Below, piece by piece: positions 35,907-45,067 of a DNA stretch of 54,199 bases. The DNA lies in IMG/VR virus record IMGVR_UViG_3300032053_000099, positions 1 through 54,199 of that record; one strand, 5' to 3'. Made by a program: the position numbers and the translations under genes. The notes under the pieces were generated by a model. The model did not search any database, was not told where the DNA came from, and saw nothing but the letters and a program-made list of their open reading frames with translations. The stretch comes from a virus. Lineage: Duplodnaviria > Caudoviricetes. Numbering within the stretch: position 1 is the first letter of the stretch; each line of letters begins with the position of its first letter.

Positions 35907-37147
35907 TAGACCAGGCCCATTTCGGTACAGTCGAGGACAGGCCAGCCGACTGGCGCAAGGCATTGAAGGACGGAACGCTGAAGGACGAGCCCGACGACGA
36001 CGAGGATCGTCCAGCGACGCCAGACGTTATCGGTATGCTGGGCTTCGACCCTGATGAACCTGATGAACCTGATGAAGGCGGGGAGCCTGCTGAGGAATCG
36101 GGCTTACGTGAGTACGGCACCTTGGGAATGAAGTGGGGAGTCCGCCACGAACGCCCGCATACTGTGGGGGGCCGCCACGTATTAGAACGGCATCCAAATT
36201 TTCAAGCGTTCAAGGACTTCCTTCTAGCCAATGGATACAAGGAGAAGAAGGGTGCATTCCGCTGGCATCAAGGTCCGGCAGGCAACGTTCTACTACAGGT
36301 AGTCGGGGGGACTTGGGAGCTTCAGAGAAATGGGCAACGCCTCGCTCGTGGAGGCACTCTGGAGGGCCTGAAGGCTGCTCTCACTGCTGAATACGCCGCG
36401 CCCCCGCCTAAACCCGCCGATGCTGTTGGTACGATGGCTAGTACTCCGGCGGAAAGTCATCTCCGTAGTAGCCCTATCGCTAGCTCCAAAGAGATTGGTC
36501 ACGGTGTCAGTGGCGCGGAGCTGGTCACTTTCGCAGACGGCTCCAAGGCTGTTTGGAAGGCTGACGACAAGGAGTCCAAAGGCTGCCGTGACAATATATC
36601 AGATGGGTACATGGGTGCCCGAGAGTACGGCGCATGGGTACTAGCCAAGGTGATAGGTATGACGGACTTAGTGACACCAATCGCTAAGCGTACGATCGAT
36701 GGGAAGGTAGGCACATTGTCAGCGTTCCAGGAAGGCGTGGTAGCGAACGCTGTAGACAGAGGCGATAGATTCGACGGTACCCGCGATCTGGCGCGTGCCG
36801 CTGTCTTCGACTTCATCATAGGCAATGAGGACCGTCATACCGGCAACTGGCTCATGAAAGCAGGCAGGTTTCGCTTGATCGATCATGGCCTGTGCTTCCC
36901 GGATAAGGGCAAGTATGTTGGTGAGAATGAGCAGGTCCTGGGGCGTGCTAGAGGCCATCTCGATCTAGAGCTAGAAGGCAAAGATCTTCTGCGCTCCCAG
37001 GCCGACATCTACACCCAGAGGAAAGACAAGATCCTGTCTACACTGGGAAAAGCAGGGTTGCCAAAGGGTTCCTTGGAAGGTGTGGCTGCAAGGATCGATC
37101 AGCTCAGTAAAGCCGCTGAGCTAGGTGGATGGGGGGACTTGAGATGA
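35903..37147 (+). CDS. GMKWG-tagged PI3/4-kinase/HipA-like kinase-fold protein
   Basis: LREYGTLGMKWGVR; G.S...AVWK, RE, FD.IIGNEDRH.GNW, IDHGL.FP. Confidence 0.82.
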   Translation: MIDQAHFGTVEDRPADWRKALKDGTLKDEPDDDEDRPATPDVIGMLGFDPDEPDEPDEGGEPAEESGLREYGTLGMKWGVRHERPHTVGGRHVLERHPNFQAFKDFLLANGYKEKKGAFRWHQGPAGNVLLQVVGGTWELQRNGQRLARGGTLEGLKAALTAEYAAPPPKPADAVGTMASTPAESHLRSSPIASSKEIGHGVSGAELVTFADGSKAVWKADDKESKGCRDNISDGYMGAREYGAWVLAKVIGMTDLVTPIAKRTIDGKVGTLSAFQEGVVANAVDRGDRFDGTRDLARAAVFDFIIGNEDRHTGNWLMKAGRFRLIDHGLCFPDKGKYVGENEQVLGRARGHLDLELEGKDLLRSQADIYTQRKDKILSTLGKAGLPKGSLEGVAARIDQLSKAAELGGWGDLR

Positions 37148-37392
37148 CATGCCGTCTGTGTATCTTAACACCGGAAGGCAAGAGGAAACTAGTGGGCCTT
37201 ATCTCTCTAGAGAACGGACGCATCAAGGGAAAGCCCGCTCGAGGCTACAAAGAGACCGTGAAAGAGGTCCTCTCCACTAGCTATACACGACACGGTAAAC
37301 GCCTGTCCGTGCTGGCTACTCCTGAACTCTGGCTCAAGAATCTTCCAATCCAATACCACGGGACATACTTCTGGGTAGAGGCTGTCCAGTGA
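37143..37392 (+). CDS. small hypothetical protein
   Basis: About 82 aa; overlaps both neighbours. Confidence 0.55.
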
Positions 37393-38042
37393 TCTCCCTC
37401 CGTCCATTGGCCTACGCAGATTTGGCAGTCAAGACAGAACATGATCCTGGAGTGCGCCTGAAAGCTGACGGCAGCGTAGACGCCGACTGGTTCTGTCTGG
37501 CCATCGGTGCCCGCGTACAGCAGTTCATCTACATCCTAGACTTGTACCGCGCCCAGATTACGTTCCCTGAGCAGGTGCGTGCTATCATCAGGGAATACCA
37601 TCGTTGGAAGATCTGGAAGATCGGGATTGAAAGCAATAATTACCAATGGGCACTAGGCCAGCAGATATGGGAAGCCGGCCTGCCTGCCGTGCCAGTACCA
37701 TCCAGCAGCGACAAGGTCTACCGTGCCACGATGGTCACGCCTCACGTAGAGACGGGCCGGGTGCGTTTCCGTGGCGTCATGGAGAATGGCGTGCTAGTAT
37801 CGCATCCTGCACTGCGACGCTTCTTTGTTGAAGCCGCCGACTTCCCGTTCGGCGACAGGGACGACGCCGTTGACGCCGTGGTCGGCCTTATCCAGATGGC
37901 TACCAGCGAGGAGATCATGGGCCAGGAGCTGGCACTTGTGCATAAGCCCGGATACGGCCTAGTAACTACAAGCGGCTCGTACGCAGGTGGTATCAGGCAG
38001 CACAAGCGCGACCCGTTCGACGTTATGGTGTCCAACTACTGA
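37389..38042 (+). CDS. terminase large subunit, RNase H-fold nuclease portion
   Basis: ADLA...D.....IG....YILD, IGIESN.YQ, DK..RA, E.GRV, FP....DD.VDA. Confidence 0.88.
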   Translation: MISLRPLAYADLAVKTEHDPGVRLKADGSVDADWFCLAIGARVQQFIYILDLYRAQITFPEQVRAIIREYHRWKIWKIGIESNNYQWALGQQIWEAGLPAVPVPSSSDKVYRATMVTPHVETGRVRFRGVMENGVLVSHPALRRFFVEAADFPFGDRDDAVDAVVGLIQMATSEEIMGQELALVHKPGYGLVTTSGSYAGGIRQHKRDPFDVMVSNY

Positions 38043-38053
38043 GGAGACTTGCA

Positions 38054-38434
38054 ATGGCTTACCGTGGAATCCCGTCAATCGCTTTGAACACAGCAACCGA
38101 TCAGCGACTGAGAGAGTCTTCTCGGTTGAGAGAGTTCGGTGTCAAGGGCATGAAATGGGGCGTGAGGAAGCAAACAGAGTTCAAGGATCGCCATGCACGC
38201 CTCGCTGACCGCATAAGCGACCTCATGGGCAAAGCCACTGAGTGGGATAGCCCTAAGCACAATAAAGCCTACTCAGCCTTAGAAAAGGCAGACATGCTTC
38301 ATGGACGTACTGCCGACGCCATGGACAGGGGGGATTTTGAGAAAGCCCACAGCTTGTTGGGCCGAGCCAAGGCAGCAACAGTTAGGGCGGCTGCTCACAT
38401 GCGGGGCGAGAGACCAATGGTGCCCAACTACTAA
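38054..38434 (+). CDS. GMKWG-tagged protein A (candidate internal head protein)
   Basis: Leader MAYRGIPSIALNTATDQRLRESSRLREFGVKGMKWGVRK. Confidence 0.8.
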   Translation: MAYRGIPSIALNTATDQRLRESSRLREFGVKGMKWGVRKQTEFKDRHARLADRISDLMGKATEWDSPKHNKAYSALEKADMLHGRTADAMDRGDFEKAHSLLGRAKAATVRAAAHMRGERPMVPNY

Positions 38435-38452
38435 CTACTGAGGAGGCTTGCA

Positions 38453-39082
38453 ATGGCTTACATTGGTATACCATCGATTGATTTGAACACAGCAACCGAC
38501 AAGAGACTGAGGGAGTCTCACCGTCTTCGAGAATTCGGCGTCAAGGGGATGAAGTGGGGAGTCAGGAAGGGTGGGCCTAAGGCAAACGAGCAAGTCACGC
38601 ATAGAGGCAAGTCATGGCAGGTCGTAGACCCGCTAGATAGCCAGGGCAACGTGCTCTTGGGGAGGAAGGATGACTCAGGCAGGTGGGCCAAGCTCACGCG
38701 AGTATCTGGCAGTGAACTCGCAGGCTACGAGCATCTGCGTACACCAGCAGAAAAGCCTGGACGGCCAAGCGCAGACCCAGAAGGCGCGAAAGCGTTCAAG
38801 TCCCAGTTCCCCGGAGCAGTCGCTGCCATCAAGGAGATGGCAGGCGGTAACGATGTATCTGAGGGGTACGATCTAGGCAAGGTGGCCGCGGACAAGGGCG
38901 TCATGGCGCTCGCTAAACAGGCTGAGCCTGCGTTCAGAAAGATGCCATCTTCTGACCGCGAGACTCTTGCCTACGGGGAGACGCGGGATCAGTTCCGTAC
39001 CGCAGCTAAGTATGGGACGGCTGGCAAGGCCGCACATCGACTGCTCAGTAGGGTCTTCGATCATGGGTTCGAAAACGACTAG
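38453..39082 (+). CDS. GMKWG-tagged protein B (candidate internal head protein)
   Basis: Leader MAYIGIPSIDLNTATDKRLRESHRLREFGVKGMKWGVRK with an unrelated C-terminus. Confidence 0.8.
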   Translation: MAYIGIPSIDLNTATDKRLRESHRLREFGVKGMKWGVRKGGPKANEQVTHRGKSWQVVDPLDSQGNVLLGRKDDSGRWAKLTRVSGSELAGYEHLRTPAEKPGRPSADPEGAKAFKSQFPGAVAAIKEMAGGNDVSEGYDLGKVAADKGVMALAKQAEPAFRKMPSSDRETLAYGETRDQFRTAAKYGTAGKAAHRLLSRVFDHGFEND

Positions 39083-39093
39083 CTCAGATTCCT

Positions 39094-41808
39094 ATGTCTG
39101 CTCACGTCGCTAACCCTGAGAATGCGCCTCACACAAAGGCCAGAGCGATGCCCGTTTCTACGCCGAAGCGAGCAGCCGCCGTCTCCAAGATCCAGCAAGC
39201 CGGAGACAAGTTCAATACTGGCACGGAGTACAAGCAAGACGACAACGTGCTCCTGACGTTGCTGCCTACTGCCAAGTTCCCTGTCTCTCTCGTCCATGCT
39301 CCTGGCATTACTTCCCCGCTAACGCCCGAAGCAGTCCTGGGCCTCACGGAGCCGGACAAAGCGGCGCAAGGCGACCATATCAACTATCTGAGGGAAGCCG
39401 CCGTCGTCGCTGACATTGACGCCAAGCTGATAGTCAGTGAGCCCAGCGAGATGCGCCGTGGCTGCTTCCGTGAAGTGCATTTCAAGTCCTTGGACGAGTG
39501 GATGAACAGTAAGCACTACCGGAAGCTACGCGAATCCCGGCTGAGGGGTCATGCCATACTGGAAGCCGTTCGCAGACAGGAACGGGAGCAGGATGCTCAG
39601 TTACGAGAATTTAAGCAAGAGGACGAAGACGGTGTATCAGAAACTCCCTACCAGGATACACATCCGGGCATCCGGCTCGACCCTCGCATTGCAGCCAGGT
39701 TCCGGGAAGCTGATGGGCCTATTATAAACCGGCTGAGAGAAGCCATTGGTGACCAGGCGGATATCTTTGCCCAGGACTCTGACCAGACAGCGGTGTCAGC
39801 AGACGCCTGGAGCAGCGGGCGAGATATTGAGTTCACGCCATTGATGGCAGGCCCATACAACAAGCAACTGTATTTCGCGGACTACCTCACGATGCACGCC
39901 CTTGCTCATGAAGCCGCCAATCACAACCCTATTGCCAAGCGTATAGCACAGGTCATCCCCCAGTTCGTGTTGGGCAAATCTGTCAAAGCTACCGTGATGA
40001 AGGCAGCCTTGCCGACGGGCAAGAAGGTCAAGCAGGGGAACAAAGTAGTAGACCAGGTCGTTGATTACAAGCGCAAATCACAAGCTATCCTAGATGAGCA
40101 TTGGCACAAGAACAGGATGCTGATACGTTCCAAGTCCATCCTACGTGACTTAGTGGTATTTGGAGAACAATTCATTCGCTACTTCAATGCACCGTGGGGC
40201 TTGAAGATCAGGCAATTGGACCCTAGCACCGTTTGGGAAATCGTAACGGACGTAGATGACTTGGAAACAGTTTTCTGGTTGCATCAACAGTACCCCACCC
40301 GTTTCCTCTGGATGACCGATGTTGGTGTTCCTACCATCAAGTACATCATCCGTCAGGTGCCCGGACCGCTATTCTACCACATGAAGATCAACGCCTCGGC
40401 CGGTGAGGTCCGTGGCCGAAGCGAATTATTTGCTATACTTGGTTGGCTCAAGAGGCTGAAGGAGTTCTCGAGTGATAGAGTGGTTCGGAACAAAGTCGCT
40501 AACCTGTTCTGTCTGGACATCTCAGTGGAAGGTGGGCCGCAGGACGTCGAGAACGTCCGCGCTCAGTTTGTCACTCCGCCGACTCCAGGCAGCTTCTTCA
40601 TACACAACAAGGCCGCTGAAATCCAGGGCATCCGTGCCGAGATAGGCGCTGGTGATGTTACCAGCGATTGGGAGATGCTACTGACCGTCATATCTGCTGG
40701 CGCAGGTATCAGCAAGGAATACTTGGGTATCTCCTCAGGTGGGAGCAAGGCTGGCGCTTTAGTAGGCACAGAGCCAGACATCAAGACGTTTGAAACATAC
40801 CAGGAGATCATGGAGGACTTCTACCAGCAGGATGCCCAGCGCGTGTTCGACAGATCCAAGGAAATGGGCCGCTTGCCAAAGGGCCTCGATGTCCAGGTGG
40901 AGATGACTTACCCGGCTATCGCCGAGGAGAACCGCAGTGAGAAGCTGAAGGACATCGCCTTCGAAGAGAGCATGAGCCATATGTCGCATCGGCGAGCGGC
41001 TTCTATGGCTACCAAGGAGCTTGGCATCACCGAGTACGACTACGACGACGAGCAGCGGCAAATCGCCGAGGAAGACGCCCAGAAGCAATTGATGATCAAC
41101 CAGGCTTACGGCCAGCTTGTGAAAGGCGCTGACAGCAGCAAGACAGCGCAAGGTGGCTCGGCGGCAGGTGCTCAGGGCGGACAAGGCGGGCAGGGTGCAA
41201 CGTCTGGTGGTATGGGCAAGACTGCCAAGGCTCCTACCAGCACGCCGACGGGCGAAAGCAAGAAAGGCTGGCAAGGGCGGGACCCCCGCGAAGTGCGCGA
41301 AGCCATATTGCATGAGACTCACCGGCTGCGTGTATCCCGGAAAGGGCTGAGGGAGTCTCAGGAAATGGGTGTTAAGGGAATGAAGTGGGGAGAGCAGCAT
41401 CCTAGCTCTATTGGTAAGCGGTTCAGCCGTCATGACGTCGGGAACTTTGATTGGAAGGCGCGTCATCTTGGTACAAACGCTGATGAGGAGCCTACAGCAG
41501 AGGATATTGAAAAGCTAGTGACTGACAACACAGTCTTGACGCCGACGAAGCAGCAACTCGATGGGTTCCTCCAATCTGCCAGGTATGCGTACCAACAGAC
41601 GCACAAACAGAAAGAAGCCTCCAATCTCTCCGTCGGTCGTAAGCGCCAGCTTCAACCCAATCGCCAGCAGCTATCGCAGTTCACTCCAAAGCGGGTGCGT
41701 GACCAGAAGAGCATGGACCGCAACGACATCGTAACACGCGGTCGCCGTGCCGTCCATGGCAAGTACAACGAAGCCAAATCCCGCCGTCGCTTTCCAAGAC
41801 TCAAATAG
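39094..41808 (+). CDS. portal protein with long N- and C-terminal extensions
   Basis: NPIAKRI......VLG, RD..VFGE.F, LDP, H.KIN......RG.S.L portal-like core; downstream of TerL. Confidence 0.75.
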   Translation: MSAHVANPENAPHTKARAMPVSTPKRAAAVSKIQQAGDKFNTGTEYKQDDNVLLTLLPTAKFPVSLVHAPGITSPLTPEAVLGLTEPDKAAQGDHINYLREAAVVADIDAKLIVSEPSEMRRGCFREVHFKSLDEWMNSKHYRKLRESRLRGHAILEAVRRQEREQDAQLREFKQEDEDGVSETPYQDTHPGIRLDPRIAARFREADGPIINRLREAIGDQADIFAQDSDQTAVSADAWSSGRDIEFTPLMAGPYNKQLYFADYLTMHALAHEAANHNPIAKRIAQVIPQFVLGKSVKATVMKAALPTGKKVKQGNKVVDQVVDYKRKSQAILDEHWHKNRMLIRSKSILRDLVVFGEQFIRYFNAPWGLKIRQLDPSTVWEIVTDVDDLETVFWLHQQYPTRFLWMTDVGVPTIKYIIRQVPGPLFYHMKINASAGEVRGRSELFAILGWLKRLKEFSSDRVVRNKVANLFCLDISVEGGPQDVENVRAQFVTPPTPGSFFIHNKAAEIQGIRAEIGAGDVTSDWEMLLTVISAGAGISKEYLGISSGGSKAGALVGTEPDIKTFETYQEIMEDFYQQDAQRVFDRSKEMGRLPKGLDVQVEMTYPAIAEENRSEKLKDIAFEESMSHMSHRRAASMATKELGITEYDYDDEQRQIAEEDAQKQLMINQAYGQLVKGADSSKTAQGGSAAGAQGGQGGQGATSGGMGKTAKAPTSTPTGESKKGWQGRDPREVREAILHETHRLRVSRKGLRESQEMGVKGMKWGEQHPSSIGKRFSRHDVGNFDWKARHLGTNADEEPTAEDIEKLVTDNTVLTPTKQQLDGFLQSARYAYQQTHKQKEASNLSVGRKRQLQPNRQQLSQFTPKRVRDQKSMDRNDIVTRGRRAVHGKYNEAKSRRRFPRLK

Positions 41809-41821
41809 TGGGAGGGTGTTT

Positions 41822-42238
41822 ATGAAGCAAGAACAAAAGACGCCGGTCGTGCCTAGGCGAGCAGGCTGGGCAATCAAATCCGGGTTGTCTAACTACGAGG
41901 AGCTGCAATACCATCCGTTGCGCCTGGAGCTGGACTGGAAGAGGAACCCCGAGGACGCCCGGTTGTTCTATGGCATACAGAAGTCCCGAGTGCCTTGGCT
42001 CCTAGACGTGCTAGATTACGTGTCCAAACTGAGGATGCCAGACGCGCCAAGGAACCGATTCTTGCAGCAAGCCGCTGCTATGACAGTCAAACATGGGAAA
42101 GATGGATTGGCCACAGCGGAGCAGTACTTCCGTAACGGCGATCTAGGCCGTGCGCTTATCCAGCAGGACATCGTTCTCCAGTTGGCGCACTCGGCACTCC
42201 TCAATTTTTACAAGGCACTGGAGCTGGAAGTAGCGTAG
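41822..42238 (+). CDS. hypothetical protein
   Basis: GGAGG SD before ATG 41822. Confidence 0.65.
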   Translation: MKQEQKTPVVPRRAGWAIKSGLSNYEELQYHPLRLELDWKRNPEDARLFYGIQKSRVPWLLDVLDYVSKLRMPDAPRNRFLQQAAAMTVKHGKDGLATAEQYFRNGDLGRALIQQDIVLQLAHSALLNFYKALELEVA

Positions 42239-42261
42239 TAACTAATAAGGGGGTAGCTATT

Positions 42262-42570
42262 ATGGAAATAGGACAACGTCCTCCGCTCCACATCCTCAAG
42301 GCTCTGCTCAACGCCGAGCTTCTTCAGCCTTGCAACATCGACGCCCCAAGAGGTGTTGATGTCACCGAGACGCTGTATCCTAACACGATCATCTTGTTCA
42401 CGGGCACCGGGGCAGTGGTATTCGGTGGCTTTCCCTTGCCTGGCTCAGTCGGAGACCACGTCCTTGCAGGCACCGTTGGCGAGTGCTACAAGGTCAAGGT
42501 CATCTACGACAGGAACACGTCGGGCATCGTGGGGATCAAGTTCGTGAAGGGCGTTGTTGAGCCGAGCTAG
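42262..42570 (+). CDS. hypothetical protein
   Basis: AAGGGGG SD, 102 aa. Confidence 0.6.
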   Translation: MEIGQRPPLHILKALLNAELLQPCNIDAPRGVDVTETLYPNTIILFTGTGAVVFGGFPLPGSVGDHVLAGTVGECYKVKVIYDRNTSGIVGIKFVKGVVEPS

Positions 42571-42600
42571 ACATCCTGGTAGGCAGTAAAGGAGAATCTC

Positions 42601-43155
42601 ATGTACGCAACTGTAGCATCGGTAAGCGGTGACTGCTACCTGAAGCGCGATGGTGTAGTCTCAAGGCTGCAAGCCGACGACGACATCCTCGCCGGCGATC
42701 TAATTCGGACTTGGGATGGCATCGTCACTCTGAACTTTGCCAGGGGCGGGAGCATGGAAATCGGTCATGCAGGCCGTCTAAATGTCCCGATCGCCCTTGG
42801 CCCCGACGATTGGCTCGATGCCGTCTGGGCAGAGGTACGAGACTGGCTGGTAACTGCTAACGACTTCTGGCTAGGCGACAACCCCTCAGATAACTTCTCT
42901 CGGGAGGACCGTGGCTGGATGGGCTGTATTGGCGCGCCAGAGGAGACCATCGTCTCGCTGATCAACTTCGATAACCAGCAATGCACCGAAATGGACCTGA
43001 CAGACGTTGAGGGCAGAATCTTGGATGCAGGGTACGAGATCACCGATTCACCCTCAGGTCCCACCATCACTGAGCATCAAGAGATCGATGGTGTGGACAT
43101 GCTGTTCACCTACGACCTGGACCCCTCTGACTTCGCAAACCTGGCCGTGGCCTAG
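42601..43155 (+). CDS. acidic protein with FecR-like N-terminal beta domain
   Basis: V..VSG......G....L.....I..GD.IRT..G.V.L.F..GG...IG. Confidence 0.5.
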   Translation: MYATVASVSGDCYLKRDGVVSRLQADDDILAGDLIRTWDGIVTLNFARGGSMEIGHAGRLNVPIALGPDDWLDAVWAEVRDWLVTANDFWLGDNPSDNFSREDRGWMGCIGAPEETIVSLINFDNQQCTEMDLTDVEGRILDAGYEITDSPSGPTITEHQEIDGVDMLFTYDLDPSDFANLAVA

Positions 43156-43177
43156 CGGGTTTCATCTGTCTCTTTAG

Positions 43178-43212
43178 TGCAGCTTGGCATGACGTTTCTA
43201 TGCCAAGCTGCA
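43178..43212. terminator. perfect 13 bp inverted repeat after ORF 42601
   Basis: TGCAGCTTGGCAT-N9-ATGCCAAGCTGCA. Confidence 0.5.
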
Positions 43213-43655
43213 TTAGCTGTAGGACGCCCCAGGACGCGTTGTAACACCCTTTCCGGCCCTTTCCCCGTTAAAAGCCTGCCATCGGTCTTAAAATGCCCGC
43301 TAGACCCCTAGAATCGGCTTCCCCCGAGCCTTCCAACCCTCAAAAGCGTGTACGCTCTCGTGCGTGCTGGCGTTTCATTAGGTTGTGTAGTACTCTATCT
43401 GTTCTGGTTTCACAACGAGGAGGCCGCTATGGCGGAGGCAACAGACAGTCGTCCAGTCTCATACCTCTGAGAACCGGGCTCTCGGCGGTTGCTTCCCTGT
43501 ACATCACTAACTAACCGATCAGAAGGAAAGCGAACGTGAGAGCCGAAAGGGAAAAGGCTCTCACGTAGAGCATCGAAAAGCCTTTCAGGTGATCACGTCG
43601 AACCTCAACTTGCCTCCAACCCTGAAGTCTTATCGGTGCTCTACGGGAGGGCCAT

Positions 43656-43928
43656 ATGGCAAAGCAAGTCGGAATTGCAGTTTCTGTTTCTGTCCAACGG
43701 GCAGCAGAGCAGGGCGACGACGAATTCCCATATCAGGCCAAAGTAGAACTAGGAACGCGGCTTCTGGGGGAAGACAAAGTTCTCACCATGTCTGCTGCTA
43801 TACGCTTCTTGATATGCACCATCGAGAAGCATGAATCGTTGTTAGTCAGTAAGCTGCACACACAAGTGAGGGAGCTTTACGATGACAAAGAAAAAGAAGG
43901 TAAGGCGCAAGAAGCCAACAAAGGCTGA
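43656..43928 (+). CDS. hypothetical protein
   Basis: GGAGG SD, 90 aa. Confidence 0.6.
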   Translation: MAKQVGIAVSVSVQRAAEQGDDEFPYQAKVELGTRLLGEDKVLTMSAAIRFLICTIEKHESLLVSKLHTQVRELYDDKEKEGKAQEANKG

Positions 43929-44012
43929 CTTTGAGAAGTGCCTCAGCGATCCCAAGCTCGCAAGTATTTCAGGTGAGCTAATGTCGGACATCCCACCAAG
44001 GAGGAAGCACCA

Positions 44013-44243
44013 ATGACACCTGTTGACTTCGACATATTCCACTTCATCGGAGCCGCGTTCGTGGCTGTCATGGCTCTCCTAGGTGGCATGTTCGCATTGG
44101 ATGCCGTGTTTAAGCATCCTATCACAGACCTGTTTCGTAGGAAGCAACATCGCCAGTTCGAAGTGAGGAAGAAGTACCATGCTAAAGAAATACGTCCTGC
44201 AGTGCGAGAGATGTCGCGCCGAGGAAACCTTCCAAGCTCGTAG
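44013..44243 (+). CDS. small single-TM membrane protein
   Basis: AGGAGG SD; hydrophobic N-terminal helix. Confidence 0.6.
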   Translation: MTPVDFDIFHFIGAAFVAVMALLGGMFALDAVFKHPITDLFRRKQHRQFEVRKKYHAKEIRPAVREMSRRGNLPSS

Positions 44244-44489
44244 CCGTGTCAAGGCGCGCGTCCAGGCCCATGCTAATGGCTAGGCCAGCACTTCAGTAGA
44301 GTCGCCTGCTGCCAGGCACGTCTGTCCCAAGTGTGCTCTCAATTGCCCATCGCTGACGCCCGGCGGAGTGCCTTTCAAGCAGTCCATATTCGTGGGGGTG
44401 CTGTCGGCCGAGTCTATCAAGTTGTTTGGAGTAGAGAGGCAGAGGCGTCCCAAACACGAGTTGGATCACAGAAAGAAAGCGAGGTCAGT

Positions 44490-45023
44490 ATGTGCAACGT
44501 GAATACTAGCGGCTGGAAACACTCTATCTGTGACAAGTGCTGGGGGGAGAACTATGCCGCTTGTCTCAATCGTGGAGGTCCACATCGGACTAGCAATCGT
44601 ACTCTGCAAGTCTGCTGCTTCTGTGGTGAGAAGCATAGGAGCGGCGTGTTCATTTGTCGCGATCCACAGGACGAAGTGCTGAAATGCAAAGGCCAGCACG
44701 TGCGTATGCAGCAAAGCAAGGTAGAGATTTACGACGCGTCCGACCGCGCTGTTTGGCATCGCAGACGAATCATGGATGACGGCTGTTTCTGCGTCGCCAT
44801 GCAGCTTCGCCTCACTGGCCACTGGTACCTGAGGATACACTACCACTTCTCGTCGGACGTGTCAATCGTTCAACCTGTAGTCCGACTGAGAGAACTGGCA
44901 TTGAAGAGGTACAGCAAGGCGGCGCTGGCTAAACCCGATCGCTTTGCCCAAGATGGCTACGAGCCGAAACGTGATTGTTGGTGCATCCCTCTGGTTCCCA
45001 AGCGGTGGTGCCACGCGCACTAA
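44490..45023 (+). CDS. Cys-rich hypothetical protein
   Basis: GAGG SD; CDKC, CCFC. Confidence 0.5.
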   Translation: MCNVNTSGWKHSICDKCWGENYAACLNRGGPHRTSNRTLQVCCFCGEKHRSGVFICRDPQDEVLKCKGQHVRMQQSKVEIYDASDRAVWHRRRIMDDGCFCVAMQLRLTGHWYLRIHYHFSSDVSIVQPVVRLRELALKRYSKAALAKPDRFAQDGYEPKRDCWCIPLVPKRWCHAH

Positions 45024-45067
45024 TCTGGTCGGAGGACCTTAAACTCAATCGAAAGGAGAACAAGCCT

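Noticed and set aside
34300-37450. Intein, intron, stop readthrough or recoding as the explanation for the split TerL
   Set aside because: No Cys/Ser...His-Asn intein ends, no recognisable intron core or homing nuclease, and the next ORF is in a different frame. TAG, TGA and TAA all end well-formed genes elsewhere, so the code appears standard
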